A DNA stretch of 64,000 nt from Octopus sinensis (Eukaryota). The position numbers and the translations under genes are program-made. The notes under the pieces are model-generated. The model did no database searches. It worked only from the letters and a program-made list of their open reading frames with translations, and was not told where the DNA came from. Where the stretch lies: the NCBI RefSeq assembly GCF_006345805.1, contig NC_043009.1, positions 16,492,001 through 16,556,000 of the forward strand, in the 5' to 3' direction. Each line of letters opens with the position of its first letter. Position 1 is the first letter of the stretch. Positions 52,209 to 64,000 of this stretch are shown in pieces.

Positions 52209-54254
52209 GATATATATATATATATTTGTATTCTAGTTTTACACACACACACACACACACGCATATATATATATAGAAAAGTGGGACAAGAACGCAAAGC
52301 ATCCAGACAGTTAGATGATACAAAAAAGGGGGCCATGCTGGAGTACCGCCTTAAAGGGTGTTATCGCCGTATCTCGCTTCCAGTAAAAAGTATGTTTCAT
52401 TTCCCCACCCCCACTCTTTTTTTTTTCACTGCTGTTACATTAATTTACTCAATAAAGGAATTACTCATTAGGGTTTCCTATGCCTGAATAACTGTGCATT
52501 TCCAAGCCTTTTTAATAACGATCTTATTAGGATAAAAGACGAAAATTGACAACGGTGAGATTTGGACTCAGCACGTAAAGGACCCCCGCGACTCAAATCC
52601 AACGATAATCTACCCTACTCAGTATTGCAGTACTTTCAATATTGTTCGATTACCATCAACGCCTGATGAAGTTTCATCTGGCAAGTTTTTGTTTTATATA
52701 CATATAATGGCGGACAGCAAAGGGAAAGAAAAGCAACTGCCAAATCAAGTCACAGTATACCACAGTCTTTCCCGGGAAAGATCACTCACACCTTATGTTT
52801 GTGAAAATAACACCAGGTAAACTCTTGTGAGTTGAGAACAGAGTGCCTGAAGTTACTAGCAATGATTGCCATAAATGAAATAAAATAACATAACAGGTTA
52901 CAAGAAAGATGTGTGAGAGAGCTTCGTGGTTAGGCTGGACTGTTGATCTTGCAGACATGGTTGACGTACTGTTTGGTGGTGTGTAGAGGCAGCCGTTGGT
53001 CTGTTGGTCGTGTGGTCTTCGTACATCAACGATGAAGGCAAGCGTCTGGTAGCGGTGAAAGCGGAGACTGGCTGGTGTCAGATAGATCGTTGTCAAAGAC
53101 GAGTTGCGTGTGGTCAATGGCGCGTGCCAAAGACCTAGAGCAGGCGAAAACTGTCGATCTTACAGAGATCAGTGGGCTCCCAAGAGCTGGGGATTAATTT
53201 CACTCGTAAGGAAAAATGAAGTGCTGCACCAAAATGATTGAAAACCGACCTATAATAAAAACAATTTCAGCGAATCACAAGGTCATGTGATGTGGTAGAA
53301 CGAAAAGGGCTCGTGCGGCCGATATCCGGGTATTAAAGCCTAATCAGCCCAAAATGAAAACATCTCACACATAATGGCAGTGTCAATCACTTCTGCCACA
53401 ACTCCATATCCCTGCCGATGTGAATCGTTAGGATTTATACTATGAAAACTGGTTTACTGTGTAATGGTTCGACAATTCTCTACCCGTTTCACTGTGTTGC
53501 CTTGTCGGGTAATGCGATGCATTTGGTGTTAATCTATGGAAGTAAAAACAATAAGGTTTGTTGCTATTGCAAACGATGTGGACACGAGACAAGCTAAATT
53601 AAATTGGCTTCAACTTGAATTGCATACCTGGCCTACATATTCAACTGGCTGGGAGCTTAGTAGTTGTTCTTTATTACATAAAATGTCAAGAATGGCGAAA
53701 AGAGTTGTTGGTTAATATTATGTCACTGGCATTCCTACATGCTCATAGATACTTAAGACTCGTACTAACTTGCTTTTGCTCGCGTGTGTATATGATCGGT
53801 TGTAGCTCTTAGTGAGAAGAAAAAAATTCAACTATTCAACAATAGTGAGTATGTATGATATAGTTTATATCCAATCACACTGACAAACGACGCTCATGAA
53901 TCTCGTCTGCCAGTATTTATCGCCATTAAACTCTATGGGGGGCTAAAGCCGCACACTGTCTGACCGCTGACTAGAATTGCTTAGCAAATCTCCAAAACAA
54001 ATTCAAAGCTTTGTGGAGCAAACAACAAGGTAAGCTCCCAGCAGTCTCACACTGCAAGTAGGTTTCAACTGCTGGCTCTTCTCTTAGTTAATTACCTTTC
54101 GAAATGTATGCACCTCCCAGTTCCTTTCTGCAATTAAATATACAAAACATTGTCCTTTGTCAAATAGATCAAATATTTCCTTTTTTTAGTGAGTGGAGAA
54201 ATGACAGACGCAGTAACTTGATGCAAAAATGCATTAACGATATTCAGTCACACA

Positions 54255-54323
<69 letters not shown>

Positions 54324-54731
54324 CTTCTCTCTCCCTCTCTCTACGTTATATGGAGAAAGTGGGACACTTAGCACCTGGAGAGGCAAGCAATGAACAAGCA
54401 ATACCAATGCAGTCTTAACTTCAATTCTGACAGGAATGAAGCGTTGTAGTTTTCTGGTTTCAGTTATAGGACTATGCACCAGATGGAACACCAAACAGCA
54501 AACCCTTTTACTTGGACACCGGTCATTGGACACCGGTCATGCTGGGGCACTGTCTTGGAGAGTTTAGTCGAACAAATTGATTCCAGATCTTATTCTATCG
54601 CAAAGTTGCATTAACAAAAATGAACATCGGCTGTCAACCAGTAAGATAACAAACACAGACATGAACATATATACATACATACATACATACATACATACAT
54701 GCATACATACATACATACATACATACATACA

Positions 54732-54767
<36 letters not shown>

Positions 54768-56292
54768 CATATATATGGTGGCTGCCCCCTCGTCATCGAG
54801 TATGGCCATTGCACGAAGCTTAATCAATGTTGTTATTGTGCAATGCCTGTGCAAGAAGATTTTTTTTAAAGTGAGGAAAGGCTGTGCACTGAGTCAATCC
54901 CACTCACTAAGCAGCAGCAGCCATAATCCGAAAAGAAGAACAGGTCAACATCATCGGTAACCACTGAACCACAGGTTTTATGTCGGAGTTATCCCAGTTA
55001 CCTTCTCCTAGAAGGATGCCCTAACTAAGGCTAGGAGTCCTTCACTCCCAATGGTTTAGCCGCGCGATCGGGTATTCAATTCGATTATTTCTATGTCCCC
55101 GCGCATGATACAGCCTTAAGCCTTAAGAGAAAAAAATACACATTTATCGGATGGCCGTTGACTCTCAAGAGTTCCTCCGCCCTTTGACAGGTTTTGTTTT
55201 TCATCCCGCAGGGTGTCCAATAAACACCCTCCTCACCAAGCTTGGTGGGGTTGCCGGTTTAGTCGCCGACGACCTGACCATGCAACAGGTTGTACTGGGT
55301 TACATGTTACCAGTAGCACTCGAAAGTGACCATACATACATACATACATACACAGAAAGCCAATTCGAAGGTTACAAATTCAAGCCATCAATGGAATTGT
55401 AAGGATTTGTAAAATTTTCAAGAAGTTTAGCATTTGAATATATACGCACATGTCAAGACATGCAGCTATATATGCATGAGAATAAATACATAGAACATAC
55501 AAATCTACACATGCAAGGACTCCAAAAACTGCGCACACACAAACATACATAACTACCGTGTGGACATCAATTAAAAATTTTAATGATCTAGGTTAGAAAC
55601 CGGTTCTTTATTGCCAAGAAATTTTGAAATAAACTTAATAATAACAAACATACACATGCCCCCGCCCCAACATACACATACATATTAATAAAACGCGCGC
55701 GCGCATGAAGTGCTTCCGCACAGTTTTTGTCTACTAAATTTCCTCACCAATAAGATGGAAGTGAACCCGAAACCACATGGCTTTGAAGTGAACTTCTGAA
55801 CCACATAGCAATATCCGCGATTTTATTTATTTATTTATTTATCTATTCGTCTTCACAAATAATTACAGCAATTCCTTACTTATACATAGGGCAAAAGTAG
55901 CTGAGAGCCATCGATCAAATCGATCTCACATTCCGACACTTTCCAGCAAAGTCAACCGAACCGAGATCACTTTTTTTTTTTACTCCTGGTTGTTTCTAAA
56001 CATTTCATTTACATTGTACATGCTCTTGGGAAAGGGATCACCATCACAACATCCAATGCCTCTTACCACTAAAATAATTTTTACTTCGTCAAAAGAACCG
56101 GTGTCGTTTTAAGATTTCGAAAATGATCTTAACTAAGAGCTGGGTTTTCGTCCCACTTCATTTCTGTGGGCTGAAAAGTGGTATCGAAGTCACATAATGT
56201 TCTCTCCATACACCTATCGGTTTCAGGTTTATTAGACGAATAAAATCAATACATTTCTCGCTCCGTCATTATACACTATATGTGTATGTATG

Positions 56293-56333
<41 letters not shown>

Positions 56334-56432
56334 CTCATCATGCATATTTATTCATGCGTATTGATTTAACCTACAATTCCATCCTCAGTGGAAAACAGAG
56401 CACCTGTGTGTGTATATATATATATTATATAT

Positions 56433-56476
<44 letters not shown>

Positions 56477-59059
56477 CACATAACGTGTGGTTATACGGTT
56501 ATACTTTCACCTGGAACAACTGTTATCACCACCACCACACTGTTCTTGATTCTGAACACTGCTACTACGATGGCTGCCAATACAACAGCCATCACCTCTA
56601 TCCTACATTTCCTGTAGCTTCCACCTGCTGCATGCCATGTAGTTCTATATTTCCATGCAAAGCTTTCCTCCCCACATCCACTGTCTTTCGCTTGTTTGCA
56701 TTGCCTTTCTTTGCATGAGTACTCTCGTACCATTATGTGTGTATGTGTTCCTTTGTTTAGATTCCGAGTGATAGCTTAACATGTGTGAAGGCGTGTGATT
56801 AAACACAACGGGACCATTTTTAAAAACCCTGGTGACTGAAAAAAAAAATAACCGAAGAAAAGAGAAGAGAGAGTGGAGTGAGGTATGAATATTTCTGTAG
56901 CTATTTGGCGATCTGTTTCCAAAATACGCAGGTGGCATACAGAAGATAGAAGCAGATACTGAGATAATAAATATATTTGAGGAAGCGGGGAAAGAGAGAG
57001 ACATAGCCAGTATATATATATATATATATATATATAAAGCTGAGAGAGAAAGAGTGTTGGACTCAGAATTAGACACACATCGAAAGGTAGAGACGAAAGG
57101 AAGTCTAAACAATTGAGTGAGAGAACAAGAAATACAGAAAGTGAATATAACAAACAAAGTGAACTAATGAGACGGCGAAAGGAAGAAAGAATAAGTTGAC
57201 AAGAAAATTAAAGCAACTGAGGGGAATATACAAAGTGGAGGCAGATATGTGTGTAGGTGGACAAGGAAGCAGAAGGCGAGAAAGGGTATAAGGAGATGCG
57301 AGCCACGGACAGGGAGGAAAAAATCCCCCAATAAGCTGGGCAGGGAGAGAAGCAGGCAGACAAGTAATCAGAGAGAGAGAAGCAAGGCGGCAAAAAGAGA
57401 AAGGTGAAAAGTATGTGAGAGAGAGAGAAGAGAAGCAGAGAAGCAGAGTGGCAAACAGAGAAAGATGACAAAATATGTGAGAGAGAGAGAAAAAGAAAGA
57501 GAGAGAAAGAGATTTAGCGAGGAATAAAGAGGTAGAGCAAAGAGAGGGAGTAATAGGAAGCGTCACAGATAGACAAAGCAAAGGAATAAAGCCGAAACCT
57601 TACATTCGAGAGAAGCTGAACAGAGAGAAAGGGTTCGCACGGCGAAACGACGAAAATGATTCATTACAATGAGAAAATAGGTATGTAGCAGATCTGTGTT
57701 AGAAATATCTAAATGTGAGATTGTATTTGCCACATGGTTTTTCTTTCTTTTTTTTTAACTTTGTGCTTCTTTAGTAAAAAAAAATAAAATAAAATGAACG
57801 TTCACCCTTTTGAGATTTTGTCACGTGGAATATTGGAGAAGCTGTTTATTTTTGTTTACATTTACAAATGTGAAAATATACATCCTTGTATAATTAACAT
57901 GTTTATGTGGATGCGCTATGTACGTTCACCATTCTATGTGTGTGTGTGTATCAGACGAACAAGCAGTTATTTCTGGCCATCTGTGTGATTACCTTGGTTT
58001 TATTAATTGTGATACAAAGACTTGTTTCAATTTCGTACACCCAATTGTATATGACATCAAATCATTTATAAAGATGAATGTGCTTGTATAAATATCTATC
58101 TTAGTTTTATATCAGCATCATTGCTTTTCACTGGATTTAGTTTTTGTGGAACTGAATGACTATGATGGGGAGCCACAAGTCCAGTCAAAGACTGGGACAT
58201 TGCTTTCCTCGCGGGAAAAGGGTAGGTTTGTGCTTTGTGAGATGTTTGGTTCGTGTTGTGGAAGTCTTGGTTCCACCATAGATTTTCTTATTAACGTCAC
58301 ACTTTTTTCAATTTTCCTAAATATTTAAATTGCTTCTTTTGTCCACCTTCGCACCTTTGAGTTTCGCCATTCACACCGATGCTCATGTCGTATAATGACG
58401 GTTTCAATGCAGGATCCATGAAAGGTCCTACTCAAGTATGCTAATATTCCACCGTTTGAAGCACCACTGAATGTGTATGATTTTCCTGGCTTCTGGTCAT
58501 ATATTTCCAGCTTATGGAGATGTCGCCTGTGGTTTGTTATCTTTCAGAGCCGTAAGGAGAGCGAGTACAACTATTTGCTTAATAGACATCAGTTTGGTTG
58601 TCTCATATCATAATCTTCATCAAATGGTTTCGCTAGGTACATTTTATCTGCTGTTAGAAGCGTACTGAGATAAGTGACCACCTAGTTATTGAAAGTGCTC
58701 TACGTTTTCTGCTATTTATTTGTCTATGAATGGCTGAACCAGGTGGTCCCTGCCTCATAGAGCAATATCTTTGTTCTTAAATATATCGACAGTGAAACTT
58801 ATGCTTCGAACGTCATCGAAAATGTTGGTAATTGTAATTTTTCTAAAGTTGTACACATGGCATCATATGCTTACCTATGTAGTCGTGCTCGTTCTTCCGT
58901 CCTCTATTGTACTGTAAAGACAAGGAAGGTGTTTACATCTGACTGCATGCAGCAGTGGCTAAAAATCTATAGACATATTCTGTAATATAGCTCTGAATGA
59001 AAACAATGAATTGCCCCAGTAATTTATTTATAAAACTAGCTGCCAAAAATGCGTTATAT

Positions 59060-59232
59060 ATAAGGCCCGAAATTTTGGGGGAAGGGGTCAGTCGATTAAA
59101 TCGACCCCACTACTGAAAGGATGAAAGGCAAAGTCGACCTAGGCAGAATTTGAACTCAGAACGTAAAGACATACGAAATATCTCTAAGCATTTCGCTCGG
59201 TGTGCTAACGTTTCTGCCAGCTGGCCGCCTTA
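59060..59232 (-). mobile_element. SINE family A
   Basis: Reverse complement of the family A head and body. Confidence 0.8.
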
Positions 59233-61970
59233 AGCCCTTATTAATATTGGAATTATAAGAATTGTCTCAATGTTTAAGAAGTGCTCAAGGCCCTTATAAA
59301 ATCCCAAAAGCTAGTCTCTTTTTCTGTCTACGAAGGCAAGCTATTTATTTACACCTGTTCACATTGAGTTGGCGAAAAACCTAGATATATTGTACTGTGT
59401 AGTAAATTCTGTTTAGTTGTATTCATACACTCAAATGTATTAAAATATTGAAAATGTCTTAGTAGATTGTAAAAGGTCAGTCACTAAAGAAAGATGCGTC
59501 CTACTCTATGCTTGTCTCATCTCCCGCCCCTTAATTTAATTCGTGCTACTTACATTTCAAATGAATGACTGACCTCAAGTTGACTCCTGTAGATGCCGAA
59601 TGGGGGCGAGCTAAGTGTGACTTGAATGGGGTATTTTTAATCAGCTCAGTGAAGTTGGTAAAGAAGTTTGTATGCCGTGGGGAAAAGAATTCAATCAGTA
59701 CTTCCTTAAATAAGGACACCTGGAGTAAGGTTTTCTACCATTTGTTTAAGAGACGGTCTCCTTCATAAAGAATCAAAATTGTTGTAGCCATGAAATCAAT
59801 ATACCTACAAAAGAACAGGTGTAAGCTTAGTGGACATACTAGAAAGAGCAGTCAAATCTTCCTCATATACATTGCTAACTTTGAAATGGAAGAACAAAAT
59901 GAATAATGTAGTCCAAGGTATATAAACAGAATGGGATGGCCATAAGTCAGCTTGGGTGTTGATCTGGAGCTACAGAACAACATGCTGGCACAAAATGTCT
60001 TAGCATGCATACAGATGAACAACCATTTCCCTTTTACCACTTGACTCTTTGGCATGGCCCCATGACCAAGAAGACTTTTAGTCTTCATGGTCATAACTGT
60101 GCCAAAGGGTCAACTTGGCATATATTTGACCAATGTAGACAGTACATACGTATATTGCTGTGTTCTTTATATCCTATAATTTCATCATTTAAATCTTACC
60201 ATGCCTTTTATCTTTTGGGGGCTCAATAAAACAAAGTACCAGTCATGTACTGAGGTTGGTTAATGTAATCGACTAATCCCTTCCTCGAAAATTGCTAGCC
60301 TTGTGTCAGAATTTGAGACAGTTATGTTGGCCATACTGGGGCTGCATCTTCAAGAATTTTAGCCTCTCATGTTGACCACACTACTTATTTCAGTATGGTA
60401 CTTGATTTCTGTTTGTTGAAATTATAGGACATAGAGAACACAGCAATATATGTATGTATTGTTCAAATACATACCACTGGCCACTGAGTTGTTTCTCTTA
60501 GTTCCCTTGGCTACTGGAGATAAGATCCCTCCTATGCTGATAATGGCTAACAGGGTCAGGAATACATGTCCATGATTGTACTCTCATCTCCAGATAATAA
60601 GCCTGTTCTTTTCCTTAATGTCATGTCAACTTTGGAGAAAATTCTTGATTCTTAAATCTCTCTCATCTTCTGCTGGGGAATTGGTTTCAGTTGTTATTTG
60701 GTATTTATGATACATCCTCTTGACGTGGAAATAATTTTAGTACATTGAAAATTCATGTTGTATGGTATCTAATATACCTGTATTTGTCTATGTTCAAATA
60801 CATGCCCACTGGCCACTTGGAGTTATTTCTCTTACATCATTCTTGTTTATGTATAAAATGTATAGACAGGCATTTGCATAGTCTCCATCTACCAAATTCC
60901 AAAGTATAGGTTAACTTGGGGTAAAGATAGTAGAACCTGCTTACCCAAGGTACTACTGTACAGTGAGATGGAACGTAGAGCTATGAGGTTGTAAAGTGTG
61001 GTTCTTAACTAATGTTCGTCCTTTGGGTTCGAAGATGACCATTGACATCGTTTGGTGGAATTGCTGCTATGAGACCGGAGGTGGCTGGTGAGGCCAATCC
61101 GGGCAAGAATGTATTACATGTTTGTTTCGACAAACACCAGATGGTCAGAGGCATAGACAGTTCTTCTCAACATTATAGCCATACCACAAAATTGACCTGT
61201 TCTTTTTAACAGTACTTAGTTAGTTTTATGCTCTGCTAGATGTAACTTAAAGAATGGTAAACGCCTCCAAACTGACTTACCCATGATATGTGATAAGCTA
61301 CATGATGTTGCTTAGTTTCAAATCAGAACTAATTGAGCAAACATAAGGTCAAAGTAGCTTCAGACATTCCATTTCTGTATATCAGGGACTACAGAATATA
61401 GGGTGTCCTTCTATTTTTAAGATGGCAGTGTATAATCTGAGGGAGAATTTGCTGCTTTTTCAAGCAGCTCAGTCAACATGCTCAATCAAAGTTGACATGG
61501 GGGTGTATAGTTACTACATTGTGGTTCAGTATTTGGCTCCCATAAAAAGGAAGTATTCAGTTGCTAATTCTATAATGTTGGTGAGTTTAAAACAATAAAG
61601 GCAATAGTGGTGGTGGTGGAGGAGGGGGAGGGCATTATCTGGTAGTGGTCATGATTGGGCAGTATTTAGTGGTAGATGTGGTGTGAGAAAGTATTTATGT
61701 TAGAGTGAGTAGAATGCAATAAAAGAATAAATGAAACAAAGAGAATTCTATGTTATTTCCAAACATGACTGGCTGCAGGCAAAGTGCCAGCTGTTTACTC
61801 TGATTAACAACAGCTCAGGTAATTACACCTGCCTTGTTGTTGTTCTTTTTTCTGGCTAGCTATACCAGTTTTGGTGGGTTTTGTTTTGGTTTGGTTTTTG
61901 TTAGCTGAAATGCGTTGCTGTCCGTAGCAGCTATTACTGGTGTTATTGAAATGTTAACTAGTTAGGGAGT

Positions 61971-62375
61971 ATACTCTTTTACTCTTTTACTTGTTTCAGT
62001 CATTTGACTGCGGCCATGCTGGAGCACCACATTTAGTCGAGCAAATCGACCCCGGGATTTATTCTTTGTAAGCCCAGTACTTATACTATCGGTCTCTTTT
62101 GCCGAACCGTTAAGTGACGGAGACGTAAACATACCAGCATCGGTTGTCAAGCAATGCTAGGGGGACAAAAACAGACACACAAACACACACACATATATAC
62201 ATACATATATACGACAGGCTTCTTTCAGTTTCCATCTACCAAATCCACTCACAAGGCATTGGTCGGCCTGGGGCTATAGCAGAAGACACTTGCCCAAGAT
62301 GCCACGCAGTGGGACTGAACCCGGAACCATGTGGTTGGTTAGCAAGCTACTTACCACACAGCCACTCCTGCGCCT
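61971..62375 (-). mobile_element. SINE family B
   Basis: Near-identical to 35527-35936. Confidence 0.9.
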
Positions 62376-63572
62376 ATGTATAGTAAAGATAATAAAATGT
62401 AAATTTCAATTTTGATTGAACCCACAAAAATTCACTGTAAAAATTAGTAAAAATTAGTTCTGTAACTAATCTAATTTTTAATAAAACCTAATTGTATTTA
62501 AACAAGTTATTTTATTGTCAGTTTTATTCTGTTTAATAAAATGGCTGGTAGACAAATGCAACACATCTGTGAAATTGTTTTTATATCAAACAAAGTCACC
62601 ATCGTTATTGGTTTCAAATTATGGCACAAGGCCAACAATTTTAGGGGAGTGGGTAAGTTGATTACATCCCCCCACCCCAGTACTCAACTGGTTTTGATTT
62701 TATCAGTGGCAAAATGATGAAAGGCTAAGTTGACCCCAATGGCATTTGAATTCAGAATGTGAAGTCACAAGAAATGCCACTAAACATTTTTCTTCCCAGC
62801 ACAGCAACAATTCTGTCAGTCACCGCCTTTCAAAGTCAACCTTATGATTATCATTGTTCTATGTCTATTTTCCCATGCTGGTATAGGTTTGACAGGTGTT
62901 TTGAGAGAATGGTTTATAGCTGGATCCCCTTCTTGATGTTAACCCTTTTAGTCTTCTCTTTGAAGAAGTGTGGTTTATGTATACTAAAACTAGGACACAC
63001 AGGAGCTTTAAGAAAAATTATCTAAAAAAATGTAATTTACTGTCAGAAAAAACCTTGAACAAAAAGATTAATTGGGCATCAGATCAGATTCATAGAATAC
63101 TGTCATAAAGTGATATGCAGTACACGAGTCTCCTCCTTTGACACCAAACTACCTGAAATAGCTCTTAGTTCAATGAAGCAAATTCACTGTTTTAATATTT
63201 CATCAAAATTTTGTGTTAATTTATGTTCCAAACACCAGCTTAATCATAAAATTATTTTACTAAATTCTTTTTTTTTTTTTTCAAAAATTAACTCAAACAA
63301 AAGCAGTGTGTTTTGATAGAGATATGGTGTCAAAAAGGATAAAGTAGTTAAGGTGAAACTCTTAACAGATATATCTAGATTAAGTAGAAAGATTAGTCCA
63401 AGCCAGATTGTTGCGGGGCAAAGAACAAGGCTGACAGTTCAGAGATAACATAAGACAATGTTAATAAACTTTGCCACCCTTAAAACATTTCAGATGTCCA
63501 TAAAGGATTGGCTTTTGGTGACTGTACAAAGAGTTTTATTTTGTTAAACCCTTGAATTCAAGATGATGAGTC

Positions 63573-63925
63573 ACTAAGCTACATGGTTCCAGGTTCCCAC
63601 TGCATGACACCTTGGGCATGTGTCTTCTACATAGCTTCGGGTCAACTAAAGCCTTGTGAGTGGAATTCATAGATGGAAACTGAAAGAAGCCCATTGTATA
63701 TAAATATGTGTTTGTTTTTGTGTCTGTTTTTGTCCCCCACCACCTCTTAACAACTGGTGTTGATATGTTTATGTCCCTGTTACTTAGTGGTTCAGCAAAA
63801 GAGACTGATAGAATAAGTGTGAGCTTTAAAAGATGTATACTGGGGTCGATTTGTACAGCTAAACTTCTTCATGGTGATGCCCCAGCATGGCCACAGCCTA
63901 ATGACTGAAACTAGTAAAAGATTAA
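63573..63925 (+). mobile_element. SINE family B, diverged
   Basis: Collinear with 29391-29792 with many substitutions. Confidence 0.75.
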
Positions 63926-64000
63926 CATGTGTTACTTCTTCTCTTATCTTATATTCCTCCTCTCTCAGTAATTCTTATTTATCCATCAATACTAAGCGTC

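Noticed and set aside
57105-57581. 158-aa hydrophobic minus-strand ORF
   Set aside because: Produced by a purine-rich low-complexity (GA-rich) tract.

Overview
AT-rich, repeat-saturated animal genomic DNA, most likely an octopod cephalopod. This is inferred from the recurring tRNA-derived SINE families and microsatellite density; no database search was possible. Most six-frame ORFs are artefacts of microsatellites or SINEs. Recognisable content: many SINE copies (three families); decayed LINEs (R4/Dong-like, RTE, CR1-like, Tx1/L1); non-autonomous Helitrons; a MITE with a 6-bp TSD; a Tc1/mariner remnant; a signal-peptide coding exon of a probable host gene (39222-39366); and an orphan 184-aa ORF. 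The standout is a 2.4-kb cassette at 48642-51079 sitting between (TA)n tracts. It comprises a 116-bp inverted copy of the terminal repeat, an antisense SINE fragment, an intact intronless ZCCHC7/Air1-2-like five-zinc-knuckle ORF, and three 362-bp tandem repeats. Each repeat carries a type I hammerhead ribozyme with the compensated U3:A8 core. This is Penelope-like-element (pLTR/retrozyme) architecture, but the cargo is an RNA-surveillance (TRAMP) subunit homologue rather than RT/GIY-YIG. Several other tandem, inverted or fold-back repeats also sit in or against (TA)n tracts (24127-25529, 27914-29315, 40142-40357).
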